A stretch of DNA of 64,000 nucleotides from an uncultured Candidatus Binatia bacterium. Lineage in GTDB: Bacteria > Desulfobacterota > Binatia > UBA9968 > CAXXLF01. The translations under genes and the position numbers were made by a program. The notes under the pieces are model-generated. The model did no database searches, had not been told where the DNA came from, and saw only the letters and a list, made by a program, of their open reading frames with translations. Location of the stretch: NCBI GenBank assembly GCA_965218425.1, contig OZ244621.1:2208001-2272000 (forward strand), read 5' to 3'. Below are positions 11,044 to 20,785 of this stretch, one piece after another (within the stretch, counting starts at the first letter, position 1; the number at the start of each line of letters is the position of its first letter).

Positions 11044-11310
11044 GCTGAACATTCTGGAAAACAGGCAGTTCCAGATCCATCAATCCGCGGAGGTCCGCAC
11101 GGGCTCCAAGAGTTCACGCGCTTCTGAAAGACCCTGACCCAGTAGCGAAACAGGAGTCCACCTGCTACAGGAGAAGTGCCCAGGCCCAGAGGGGATAGTT
11201 GCGCATAATAAGACTAGACGAATCCAGAACACTTGATGCAAAATACGAATTTTTGCCCGGCCGTCCAAATAGATTGAAACCTCGTCGTCTACTTCGCCAG
11301 GAACGAGATC

Positions 11311-12192
11311 ATGCTGCAAATTTGTAACTTGAATATCATCGCCGCTAGTGCTGGTCTATTTCCCCTCCTTAACAGCCCCCGCTGGGAGGGTCGGATCTCT
11401 GCGGTCTTCCAGACCAGCCTGCAGATCACCGGACCTAACCAAAGGCTTATCCATCTCCAAGGCGATTCGCTCCTCGTATCCCCATTCAGTATACGCACGC
11501 CGAGCAACCTCGCGCGTAGCATTGCAGATGTTCCACTCGTCGAAGGAATGTCAGTCAGCAAGGAGGGCTCATGGATCGAGGCTCAGGGTCGCCTTCGCCT
11601 CTCGCTTGAGGAAATCTCCTATTATTGTTCGCCCCCGATGGTCAAGAGCTGGATCAATCCGGAGGCCTTGCGTCTCGCCGAACAAACTCTCCGACGCCAA
11701 GGACGTCGCGGCGGTCTCGACGCCATTCCCTCCGGGCGGGCTGCTACCAGAGCAATTCGTAAGGCGCTCACTGGCGGAGAGCCGGATCGACTCCTCACCG
11801 CCACTCTTGCGGTCATCGGTCTTGGTCCTGGCCTGACCCCGTCAGGAGACGACTTCCTAGTTGGGTGCATGAAGGGCCTCTCGCTTTTTGCCGCTTACCA
11901 CCCCAAGCTTAACAACACCCTTGATCTCCTCCGCAGCGGCATCGCAATGCTCCTTCGCACGCGGACGAGCCGCGTCGGAGCCGAGTTCATCCGCTACGCC
12001 CTAGATGGGCAGTACGCCGAAGTCCTTGACCAGGCTGCGACTGCAATGTTGACCCCCGCAGATCCAGACAAGATAGTATCCGCAGTTAGCCGGCTTCTTT
12101 CCCAAGGCGGGAGTTCGGGAACCGACACGGCCCAGGGACTTCTCGTAAGCCTCAATGCTCTCCACCGGGCCAATTGGATAAGCGGTGGCTGA
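11311..12192 (+). CDS. DUF2877 / YlbF / YahE family protein (AllH-like subunit)
   Basis: IGLGPGLTPSGDDFLVG signature and C-terminal GGSSGTD. Confidence 0.88.
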   Translation: MLQICNLNIIAASAGLFPLLNSPRWEGRISAVFQTSLQITGPNQRLIHLQGDSLLVSPFSIRTPSNLARSIADVPLVEGMSVSKEGSWIEAQGRLRLSLEEISYYCSPPMVKSWINPEALRLAEQTLRRQGRRGGLDAIPSGRAATRAIRKALTGGEPDRLLTATLAVIGLGPGLTPSGDDFLVGCMKGLSLFAAYHPKLNNTLDLLRSGIAMLLRTRTSRVGAEFIRYALDGQYAEVLDQAATAMLTPADPDKIVSAVSRLLSQGGSSGTDTAQGLLVSLNALHRANWISGG

Positions 12193-12678
12193 CAATTTCT
12201 GACAGTGGCAGAGCTGGCAAGCTTGTTTAAGGTCACACGCAGAACGGTCCGCTGATGGGTTCATGATGGGCTCATAGAACCGCGCTTTAGGCTTCGCGGC
12301 GGGAGCTGCTATCAATACATCTTCCCCGAGTCAGAGATTAACCGGTTTTTTGATGAGTATTTTCCTCAACTGAAGGACCTAGATTTAACCCACGAGCCCA
12401 GAGGCAAGACGAAGCGAGTCGAAATGATCCGGCGCATTTGAAATTTGCAAAGGATCTATGCAGGGAAGGCCACTGCAGGCAGAATGACCAAACGGTTAGC
12501 CAAGGAGTATGGCATCAGAGAGACAGAGCTAGAGAACTACGACGACGAGTCGCAGAGCCAAGACGAGGGATCGGCCACCCTGGATCGTGGATCCACACCG
12601 CGAGGGAGTCGCCCCAGTGACCTTGACCGTGGCTTCACCGAAGAACGCTGGGAGGAGGAAGAGGAAGGTAAAGGGTAG
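12193..12678 (+). pseudogene. Degenerate excisionase/MerR-like HTH protein
   Basis: In frame after the DUF2877 stop: QFLTVAELASLFKVTRRTVR*WVHDGLIEP..., with two internal TGA stops, continuing into ORF 12445..12678. Confidence 0.6.
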
Positions 12679-12703
12679 TAGCTGTAGCTAACCCCAGGGT
12701 GAG

Positions 12704-12963
12704 ATGACCGAAGAATATTTAACCATAGAGCAGCTGGGCGAGCGGCTTAATCTCAAGCCGAAGAGCATCAGGAGCAAGATGGTCAATGGAACCTTCATAA
12801 AGGTGTCCACTATTTCAGCCCCAAAGGAATAGGCCCAAGGTTCAAATGGTCAGTCGTGCTCACATGGCTTGAACAAGGCGAGCAGGGGCAGGCTAAAGCC
12901 GCAGATAATGGCGATGGAGCCCCCAAGCCAGATGGCCACTGGCTGGGTTTCGATTATCCATAA
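12704..12963 (+). pseudogene. Frameshifted excisionase-like protein
   Basis: MTEEYLTIEQLGERLNLKPKSIRSKMVNGTF / frameshift / GVHYFSPKGIGPRFKWSVVLTWLE, just upstream of the integrase. Confidence 0.6.
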
Positions 12964-13004
12964 TTTTACACCTCACATGATAGGACAGTTTGTCCTAAAG
13001 GTTT

Positions 13005-13199
13005 ATGGTGACATCAGGGCAATTCCGAAAGCTGCGTGAGTCTATGGATTACAGCCAGGCTCAACTTGGCAACCTGATGGATACTTCGGGTCGCACTGTT
13101 AGACGATGGGAGAATGGTGAAATTCAGATACCCAAGATGGCTGAGATGGCCTTGGAGTTAATCGTGCTCAAAGCGAAACAGAAGAAGGGGAGACGCTAA
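13005..13199 (+). CDS. Xre-family HTH regulator
   Basis: LRESMDYSQAQLGNLMDTSGRTVRRWENG. Confidence 0.8.
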   Translation: MVTSGQFRKLRESMDYSQAQLGNLMDTSGRTVRRWENGEIQIPKMAEMALELIVLKAKQKKGRR

Positions 13200-13828
13200 T
13201 GGCCTGCAAGGTTACGGTTAATCGTCATGGTTACCTCGCCGTTCGCCTTGCACTCAGATGGGGAGATATAGATTTAAAAGCGGGTAGGGCTTCCATTACC
13301 AAGTCCAGGTACTACGGAGCAGAGAACGCGACCAAGACTGGCGGCAGTGAAAGCGATGTGGTCCTTCTGCCCGTGGTTGTGGATCTGCTCAAGGCAACAA
13401 AGCCCCTGCATGCTACCGAAAACGATTATGTCTTCAAGAACCAAGAAGGTAGCCCCATAAACGAGGACAAATGGCGCAAGAAGCACTGGTACAGGGCTTT
13501 GAAGGCATTGGGCATCAAGCCTCGCAAGTTCTACGCTACCAAGCACACCTATATCAGTGTGGCCCTGAGTGAAGGTGTCAACATAAAGTGGCTTGCTGAG
13601 CAATGTGGGACCTCTGTAGCCATGATTGAGAAACACTATGGCAGGTACATCAAAGACGATGGAGATGCCCCTTTAAGGGCGATTTTGGGGGCTGAAACCG
13701 AAACCTTTTCGAGTGAGGAGCAGAAAACAGCGGTAAGTGTTGGGGATGAAAAGAAAGAGGGATGGTCGGGGCGACTGGATTTGAACCAGCGACTTCACGG
13801 TCCCGAACCGTGCGCTCTACCAAGCTGA
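13199..13828 (+). pseudogene. Internally deleted tyrosine recombinase (phage-type integrase)
   Basis: Short N-terminus joined directly to ALRWGDIDL (box I Arg region lost); box II-like YATKHTYIS and HYG retained; abuts the tRNA 3' end, and the last about 22 codons are the antisense of the tRNA. Confidence 0.8.
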
Positions 13829-13839
13829 GCCACGCCCCG
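13763..13839 (-). tRNA. tRNA-Pro (anticodon CGG)
   Basis: Reverse complement CGGGGCGTGGCTCAGCTTGGTAGAGCGCACGGTTCGGGACCGTGAAGTCGCTGGTTCAAATCCAGTCGCCCCGACCA: cloverleaf, CACGG/CCGTG anticodon stem, encoded CCA. Confidence 0.97.
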
Positions 13840-14078
13840 ACAATTCGCTACTGGTTATTCGTTAATCGTCAATCGTTTAGTGCCGCTCCGGGAATGAGTC
13901 CCGGAAGATTTCGTATCTTGGGAACCTGGTCAATTTAACACGGTCACGCATGAAATCATAGGAGACGTTTTTATCCCGAACCACAGAAGGCCTGGGACGT
14001 GAGACCGGGGATGAATACTCCGAACTTCCCCGAAGGGTAGCGCCCCAAAGCCGCGGATGTAAGGCCGTGGTTCGGGGT

Positions 14079-14738
14079 TTACCCTGCGGCGTCTTTCATA
14101 TTGCGGATGGTTTTGGCGTAGTCTGGAGTCTTGAAGATGCCCGAACCTGAAACAATCACCTGCGCCCCGGCTTGGACCACGCGGTGAATATTATCGCTTT
14201 TTATGCCCCCATCCGCTTCGATGAGTGCCGAGAGCCCCTTTTGCCGAAGGGCTCTATTTGACTGTTCAATTTTCGGCAGGACTTCTTCCATGAACGCTTG
14301 CCCTCCAAATCCAGGGAAAACGGTCATGATAAGAAGCATGTCGATGTCGGGGAAGTGAGACTCCACCCGCTCCATGGGTATATCTGGATTTACCGCGATG
14401 GAGGCTTTGGCTCCATGCTCACGTATGTTTGCCAAGCACTTCCTGGGATCGTGGCTCGTTTCCGGGTGGATAGAAATCCAATCCGCCCCGGCCTTAATAA
14501 ACTCGGGTGCGTATTTGTCCGGATCGGTAATCATGAGGTGAACGTCCAATGGCATGTCAGTTACCTTTCGAACCCATTCAACCACCACCGGACCGATGGT
14601 GATATTTGGGACGAAATGGCCGTCCATTACGTCCAGGTGAAGCCAGTCGGCACCGGCCTCTTTAACGGCTTGAACCTCATCCCTAAGACGGCTGAAATCC
14701 GCCGATAAAATGGAAGGAGCGATCTTTGCAGGACCCAT
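14079..14738 (-). CDS. rpe: Ribulose-phosphate 3-epimerase
   Basis: IAPSILSADF, HLDVMDGHFVPN, DVHLM, PGFGGQ, DGGI. Confidence 0.97.
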   Translation of the reverse strand: MGPAKIAPSILSADFSRLRDEVQAVKEAGADWLHLDVMDGHFVPNITIGPVVVEWVRKVTDMPLDVHLMITDPDKYAPEFIKAGADWISIHPETSHDPRKCLANIREHGAKASIAVNPDIPMERVESHFPDIDMLLIMTVFPGFGGQAFMEEVLPKIEQSNRALRQKGLSALIEADGGIKSDNIHRVVQAGAQVIVSGSGIFKTPDYAKTIRNMKDAAG

Positions 14739-14767
14739 GGATGTTACCTTTCTGTTGCCATGTGGAA

Positions 14768-15706
14768 TCAAAGTGTTTCGCCGACTCTTATTCTGGCCCC
14801 CCGGACAAAATCAGGCGCAGGCATTCTCTTCCTGTTTTCCTGCTGGACCTCTTGCAGGCCGATCACGCCTTGGCCGGTGGCTATCCAGAACCCTCCGTCA
14901 TCCGCCCTGATGACTTCGCCCGGAGGTGCTCCGGGTTCCCTGTGAATCAATTCCGCGCGGTGGACCTTGATCCAATGCCCCTTCCAGTGGGTGTAGGCCG
15001 ATGGCCAAGGGATAAAGGCCCGCACTCGACGCTCGATCTCTTTGGCCGGCAGGTTCCAATCAATCTGACCGTCCTCTTTTTTTAGTATTGGGGCGTAGGT
15101 GGCGTGCGCGTCGTATTGGGGCCTGTCGGCGATCCGGCCCTCCTTCATTCCTCGTATGGTTTCAAGCAGCAGACGAGTTCCCACTGGGGTTAGCTTGGCC
15201 TCAAGCGAACTCGTGGTCTCGTCAGCTGCTACGGAAATCTCTTCCTGTAGCAGAATAGCTCCAGCGTCCATTTGCTCCACCAGACGCATGGTTGTTACCC
15301 CCGTGGTCTCCTCTCCCTTAACCAGGGTCCAAGTCATTGGGGCTGCACCACGATACTTTGGCAGTAGGGAATAGTGAACGTTGATGCAGCCCTGAGTCGG
15401 GAGGCCTAGAATCGGGGACGGTAGGATGCGACCATAGGCCACCACCACGATCAACTCTGGCCCCCAGCCGCTAAGGGTCTGAAGAAAGTCGGCATCACGG
15501 ATGCGCTCTGGGGCAAGAACCGGTTTTTCGTGTTTCTCGGCCACCTTTCGTACGGGTGAGGACTCAATCCGCTGCCCCCTCCCTGTGGGGCGGTCTGGCC
15601 TCGTGACAACCCCAACAACGGGGTCCGGTCCTTCCAGCAGGCCCTCGAGGGTAGCGGCCGCGCAAAGGGGTGTCCCCATAAATACAATAGGCCATAAGGG
15701 TGACAT
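14768..15706 (-). CDS. fmt: Methionyl-tRNA formyltransferase
   Basis: IVFMGTP, VVAYGRIL, INVHYSLLPKYRGAAP, MDAG. Confidence 0.97.
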   Translation of the reverse strand: MSPLWPIVFMGTPLCAAATLEGLLEGPDPVVGVVTRPDRPTGRGQRIESSPVRKVAEKHEKPVLAPERIRDADFLQTLSGWGPELIVVVAYGRILPSPILGLPTQGCINVHYSLLPKYRGAAPMTWTLVKGEETTGVTTMRLVEQMDAGAILLQEEISVAADETTSSLEAKLTPVGTRLLLETIRGMKEGRIADRPQYDAHATYAPILKKEDGQIDWNLPAKEIERRVRAFIPWPSAYTHWKGHWIKVHRAELIHREPGAPPGEVIRADDGGFWIATGQGVIGLQEVQQENRKRMPAPDFVRGARIRVGETL

Positions 15707-15874
15707 TATTTTACCTAACCCAATCCATATGCAATCCGAGGAGGGAACCTAGTTATGCTCAGGGGAGCCCGGGCCAAGGTCATGGCCGGAAGAGTCCCGT
15801 TAGATCAATGAAAGCAATCTTTAGACTACAGGCTCGCAAAGTCTAAGGTGATTTGAGCCGTGTGGGAAGTGGTT

Positions 15875-16414
15875 TCAGATCATCACCCCTTGGGATTCAG
15901 GTTCGAGCTTTCCTTCACGCAATCTCTTCTTTAGTCTTCTCGTATAGAGCTCGCGCTTTAGGCGGCTGACGTGATCGATAAAGAGTTTCCCGTCGAGGTG
16001 GTCAATTTCATGCTGTAGCGCCACGGCTAAAAGCCCCTCAGCCTCCACCTTCACCTCTTTCTCTTTTTCATCGAGACCCGCCACTATTACCTGAGATGCT
16101 CTTTTTATCTCCGCGGTGAAATCGAATACGCTGAGACAACCCTCCTCCCAAACCACCTCTCCTTCCGCATGCTGAATGACTGGATTAACGAGCCTGATCA
16201 AGTTTTTACCGGGGTTCTCATGGTCCACGTCCAAAACGATGATCCGCTGTAACTGTCCCACCTGCGGCGCCGCCAGTCCTACTCCCGGGGCCGCGTACAT
16301 GGTCTCCGCCATGTCATCCATTAGCCGAATCGTATCATCCGTAAACCCCTTCACGGGTTTAGAGAGCTGCTTTAGCAGAGGATCCGGATATCGGAGAATA
16401 TCCAATAGGGCCAT
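15875..16414 (-). CDS. def: Peptide deformylase
   Basis: GVGLAAPQVG, EGCLS, QHEIDHLDG. Confidence 0.97.
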   Translation of the reverse strand: MALLDILRYPDPLLKQLSKPVKGFTDDTIRLMDDMAETMYAAPGVGLAAPQVGQLQRIIVLDVDHENPGKNLIRLVNPVIQHAEGEVVWEEGCLSVFDFTAEIKRASQVIVAGLDEKEKEVKVEAEGLLAVALQHEIDHLDGKLFIDHVSRLKRELYTRRLKKRLREGKLEPESQGVMI

Positions 16415-16422
16415 CAGCAGTT

Positions 16423-18678
16423 TTATAACATGTTGTAAGGATCCACATCAACGTGGAGGCGGACCCTGCCACCGGTATTAAGGGATCTCGCGTAATGGGC
16501 CAGCTTGAATAGATGAGGTCCCTTGTTTCCCTTGAGCAGGATCTGCCATCGGTAGCGATTGCGAAGCTTTTCGATGGGGGCCGGTGCCGGTCCCAAGATC
16601 TCGATCTGTTCCGTTCCCCTGGCATCCTGTTGGTGTTTTCGAAGGTCGTGTCCCATGGAACGGGCCCTGTCCTCCACCTCCTGGGCCTTGGGGCCATCCA
16701 TGCGCAGTTGGACCAAGCGACTAAAGGGGGGGTAGTTCAGGGCCTGTCTGAACTCCATTTCCGAGTTAAAAAAACCGTCGTAATCGTGGGTGGCGGCGAA
16801 TTGGAAGGAGTAGTGGTCGGGTACGAAGGTTTGAAGGATGACCCTTCCTGGCTCCCCGCCTCTCCCAGATCGTCCCGCCACCTGGAGTAGGATCTGAAAG
16901 GTCCGTTCAGCTGCCCGAAAATCCGGGAGATTCAAAGAAAGGTCGGCAAGAATGACCCCCACCAGCGTTACGCCGGCCACATCATGACCCTTCGTGATCA
17001 TTTGGGTTCCCACCAGGATTTCCACTTCGCCTTTTTCCCATTGGCGAAGCAGGCGTTCCTGAGATCCTCTCTTGCCGGTTGTGTCACGATCCATGCGACC
17101 GATCTTAGCGGTGGGGAATAAGCGCACAAGCTCCTCCTCCAGCCTTTCGGTTCCAAAGCCGACGGCTGCAAGGCTCGAGTTGTTGCATTCGGGACATTGA
17201 TCGGTCTGCGGCCTGCGAAAACCGCAGTGGTGACAGAAAACGCTATGTTCCTTTTGGTGCAAAGTGAGGCTGATACTGCAGTGGGGACACCGAATGACAA
17301 ATCCGCAGAGGCCACACAGTAGAAAGTTGGCAAATCCGCGGCGGTTGAGGAAGATCAGGCTTTGCCGTCCAGATGCTTGGTTTGCTTCCAGTGCCTCCTT
17401 CAATTGGGGAGAGAAGAGGCTTGTGGCAGGTGGGGAATCGCTGGACGAAGGTGGTTGATTCCGCAGCTGTTCCCTGAGGTCCACGATTTCCACTCGGGGA
17501 AGAGCCTTTTGCTCCACTCTCCCGGTCAGCTCCAGCAGCTTGTATCGGCCCAGACGACAGTTGTGAAAGCTCTCCACCGATGGAGTGGCAGATCCCAGCA
17601 GCACGGGACAATCAGTGAGTTTGCCTCGTACCACGGCTAGGTCCCTCGCCTGGTAGCGCAGCCCCTCCTCTTGCTTGTAGGACGAATCATGCTCCTCATC
17701 AACTATGATCAGTCCCAGGTCGGGCACCGGGGCAAAAATAGCAGAGCGCGCCCCCACCACCACCGACACCGCGCCTCGGGTGACGCGCCGCCACTGTGCG
17801 GAACGCTCTGCGGACGTGAGCGCGCTATGCAGTATTCCAACCTGTCCTGGAAAACGCTCTTTCAGGCGATCCAATAGTTGAGGGGTTAGGGAAATCTCGG
17901 GGACCAATATCAGGCTGCGTTTCCTATCCCTCCATACTTTTTCCATGGCCCGCATGTAAACCTCGGTTTTCCCGCTGCCCGTAACACCCGATAGCAGGAA
18001 AGTTGCAAAACCGCGGCGCACCAACCTCTCCTCCATGGATTGAAGGGCTGAAGCCTGCTCCCCCGTGAGGGCGAATTCCGGAAGGGAGCTCAACCCCGCC
18101 TCCGATTCCTTGCCTGGCTCTTTATTTATTTCCCTTTTACGATTGGATCGAAGCTTTTCTTCGATCTCTACAGCGCCCGAGGATATGAGGCGGCTGAGAG
18201 CCCGGTAAAATCCACCTCTGGAAAATAGGCGCGCCAGGGTCTTGAGCGGGATCTTTCTGCGCTTCGCCACCACTTCGAAAATCGCTTTCTCCAGCTTTCC
18301 GCCAAGGCTCGGAGACGCTTCACGGAGGACCACCAGTCTTTGACTCTCCAGCCGCAAAATGGGAGGAAGCGCTGCGGACAAAACATCCCCCAAGGGAGCT
18401 ATATAGTAGTTCGAGATCCAACGGCAGAGCCTTAAAATCACTGGATCGAGGACAGGCCGGTCATCCAGCACGGTCAGAATCTCCCGCACCTTCTCAATGG
18501 AGGTTTGCTGAGCGAAATCAAACACTACCCCCGTGATCTTCCGTTTGCCCAGGGGGACCAAAACCCTCATTCCTACTTCTAGACAGCTCTGAAGGGTTGG
18601 AGGAACTTTATAAAGAAGGGGGTCCTTGACTGGAGAGGGAATCACCACCTGAGCAAACCCCTTTCCCGCCTCTTGCAT
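16423..18678 (-). CDS. priA: Primosomal protein N' (PriA helicase)
   Basis: GVTGSGKTEVY, VPEISLTPQ, DEEHD, LNRRG, 4x CxxC, GTQMITKG; start taken at ATG 18678. Confidence 0.96.
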   Translation of the reverse strand: MQEAGKGFAQVVIPSPVKDPLLYKVPPTLQSCLEVGMRVLVPLGKRKITGVVFDFAQQTSIEKVREILTVLDDRPVLDPVILRLCRWISNYYIAPLGDVLSAALPPILRLESQRLVVLREASPSLGGKLEKAIFEVVAKRRKIPLKTLARLFSRGGFYRALSRLISSGAVEIEEKLRSNRKREINKEPGKESEAGLSSLPEFALTGEQASALQSMEERLVRRGFATFLLSGVTGSGKTEVYMRAMEKVWRDRKRSLILVPEISLTPQLLDRLKERFPGQVGILHSALTSAERSAQWRRVTRGAVSVVVGARSAIFAPVPDLGLIIVDEEHDSSYKQEEGLRYQARDLAVVRGKLTDCPVLLGSATPSVESFHNCRLGRYKLLELTGRVEQKALPRVEIVDLREQLRNQPPSSSDSPPATSLFSPQLKEALEANQASGRQSLIFLNRRGFANFLLCGLCGFVIRCPHCSISLTLHQKEHSVFCHHCGFRRPQTDQCPECNNSSLAAVGFGTERLEEELVRLFPTAKIGRMDRDTTGKRGSQERLLRQWEKGEVEILVGTQMITKGHDVAGVTLVGVILADLSLNLPDFRAAERTFQILLQVAGRSGRGGEPGRVILQTFVPDHYSFQFAATHDYDGFFNSEMEFRQALNYPPFSRLVQLRMDGPKAQEVEDRARSMGHDLRKHQQDARGTEQIEILGPAPAPIEKLRNRYRWQILLKGNKGPHLFKLAHYARSLNTGGRVRLHVDVDPYNML

Positions 18679-18725
18679 GTCTGCACTTTTATCCCCCCAG
18701 ACTCGGAAAAGCAACATGGAATCGG

Positions 18726-19148
18726 GTGCTTGGCGATGCTGAAACCCCATCCTCGGGTACCACTAACATTGCCAGTGGCAGTGGATCGGCGGCGGGAGCC
18801 GCAGTGGCTGCGGAATCGGTGAGCGTGGGAATTATACTCTCCGTTACCCCGCAGATGTCTAACGACGGATTCATCCTGCTCAACAGCTACGTCAAGTCAA
18901 GTTCTCTGGGGACACAGACCTCTGGGTCTGCCATCCCCGACGAGCTCAGCCGAGAGGCCCTTTCTAACGTGCTGATACGAGACGGGGATACGGTGGTCGT
19001 CGGGGGAATCATGAAGGATACCCGAGAGGAATCCTGGGGTGGCGTCCCCTATTTGAAAGAAATCCCTGTAATTGGCTGGTTGTTCAAGCGGATCAGGTGT
19101 CACGGGACTTCGGAGAGCTTATGGTATTTATTACTCTCCGTACGATGA
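18726..19148 (+). pseudogene. pilQ: C-terminal remnant of a secretin (PilQ-like)
   Basis: GIILSVTPQM, SREALSNVLIRDGDTVVVGGI, GVPYLKEIPVIGWLFK; only about 130 codons with a frameshifted tail; lies upstream of aroC-aroK-aroB, where pilQ commonly sits. Confidence 0.75.
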
Positions 19149-19584
19149 TGGCGGATGCGGCAGACCTGCCCGGTGCGGAACAGCTCTGGCGCAATTCCTT
19201 CAGTAAGACTGAAGGAAGTCATGTCGTTATGCCCACGGGCCCCTAGCGGGACTCGGATCCCCGTCTTAGCACCTCTATTAGTCAGTTTGCCCGCACGCCG
19301 AACTCCAGAAGAGCATGCCCGTGGTGCGGGGTTTTGTCCCATTCAAAATCCCGGTGATTGGTACTGTGCGGATCCAAATTCAGGTTGAAAGAACTACCAC
19401 CGCAGGTGCGAGTTCATGTGTCCATGGATGCTTCGTTGACCCTGCTTCTTGGGGTTGAGGGCCTCGCAACCACCGCTAAATCCCTTCCCACCGCATAGTC
19501 ACGCGGCGGTCGAGACCCTCGTGCCAACCCTGAATAATGCTGCGCGGGGTGGAGTCGCCGACCGGATTAGGGTAAGATTAGGCC

Positions 19585-20781
19585 ATGTTACGTTACTTCA
19601 CCGCCGGTGAATCCCACGGCCCCTGCCTGACCGTCATCATCGACGGTGTGCCGGCCGGATTCCCCATTGATGTAGAGAAGATCAATTTCGACCTCTGGCG
19701 ACGTCAGCAGGGATACGGTCGTGGCGGACGGATGCTGATCGAAAAGGACGAGGTCCAAATCCGGTCCGGTATCCGCTGGGGGGAAACCTTGGGATCGCCT
19801 GTGGCCCTGGGGATAGAAAATCGGGACTGGAAGAACTGGACCAAGAAAATGTCTCCACGCCCCGGGGATAGGGACGAGTCCATTGTGGTAACCAAACCCC
19901 GTCCAGGGCATGCGGACCTCGCAGGCGTTCTCAAGTACGGCCAATCTGACGTGCGAAATATCTTGGAGCGAGCCAGCGCCAGGGATACTGTTTCTCGTAC
20001 CACGGTGGGCTCATTTTGTAAGCAGTTGCTGGAACCCTTCGGCATCAAAGTTATGGGCTATATTCGCTCTTTAGGGGGCGTGGAGGCCGAAATTGAGGGG
20101 CTTACCTATGAAGAGATCTTTCAAAGGGCTGAGGAGTCCCCAGTACGGGTGGCTGACAAAGAAGCCGAGGCGAAAATGATTTCCCTAATCGATGAATGCA
20201 AAAAGCAGGGCGATACTCTGGGAGGCGTTTTCGAAGTCGTAGCCGTGGGGGTTCCGCCGGGTCTTGGGAGTTATACCCAATGGGACCGCAAGCTGGATGG
20301 TCGGTTGGCCCGTGCCCTTATGAGTATCCAAGCCATTAAAGGGGTTGAGATTGGTATTGGATTCGAGGGGGCTCGCCGCAGGGGCTCCCAGGTCCATGAC
20401 GAGATTTTTTTCGACCTCAAAGGAAAGCTCTCTGAAAAGACACCGAGAGTCGGTCCCACCGGTTTTTACCGCGGCAGCAATAATTCAGGAGGAACAGAAG
20501 GGGGCATGTCCAATGGTGCGCCCCTGGTGGCCCATGTGGCTATGAAGCCCATTTCCACCCTCATGAGCCCCCTCCAATCGGTGGATATTAGATCGAAACA
20601 ACCCGTGGATGCGTCAGTGGAACGCTCGGACGTCTGCGCCGCCCCTGCCGCCGCAGTGGTGGGAGAGTCCGTGGTGGCCTTTGAGCTGGCCCTTGCCTTT
20701 CTGGAGAAAATGGGTGGGGACTCTCTGGATGAAATCATGCGAAACTACCAGGGTTATCTGGAACAGATCAAGAGCATCTAA
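19585..20781 (+). CDS. aroC: Chorismate synthase
   Basis: TAGESHG, PRPGHAD, ERASAR, MKPISTL, ERSDVC. Confidence 0.97.
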   Translation: MLRYFTAGESHGPCLTVIIDGVPAGFPIDVEKINFDLWRRQQGYGRGGRMLIEKDEVQIRSGIRWGETLGSPVALGIENRDWKNWTKKMSPRPGDRDESIVVTKPRPGHADLAGVLKYGQSDVRNILERASARDTVSRTTVGSFCKQLLEPFGIKVMGYIRSLGGVEAEIEGLTYEEIFQRAEESPVRVADKEAEAKMISLIDECKKQGDTLGGVFEVVAVGVPPGLGSYTQWDRKLDGRLARALMSIQAIKGVEIGIGFEGARRRGSQVHDEIFFDLKGKLSEKTPRVGPTGFYRGSNNSGGTEGGMSNGAPLVAHVAMKPISTLMSPLQSVDIRSKQPVDASVERSDVCAAPAAAVVGESVVAFELALAFLEKMGGDSLDEIMRNYQGYLEQIKSI

Positions 20782-20785
20782 CCCT

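Noticed and set aside
13763..13828. Integrase C-terminal extension WSGRLDLNQR...
   Set aside because: It is simply the antisense reading of the tRNA-Pro gene.
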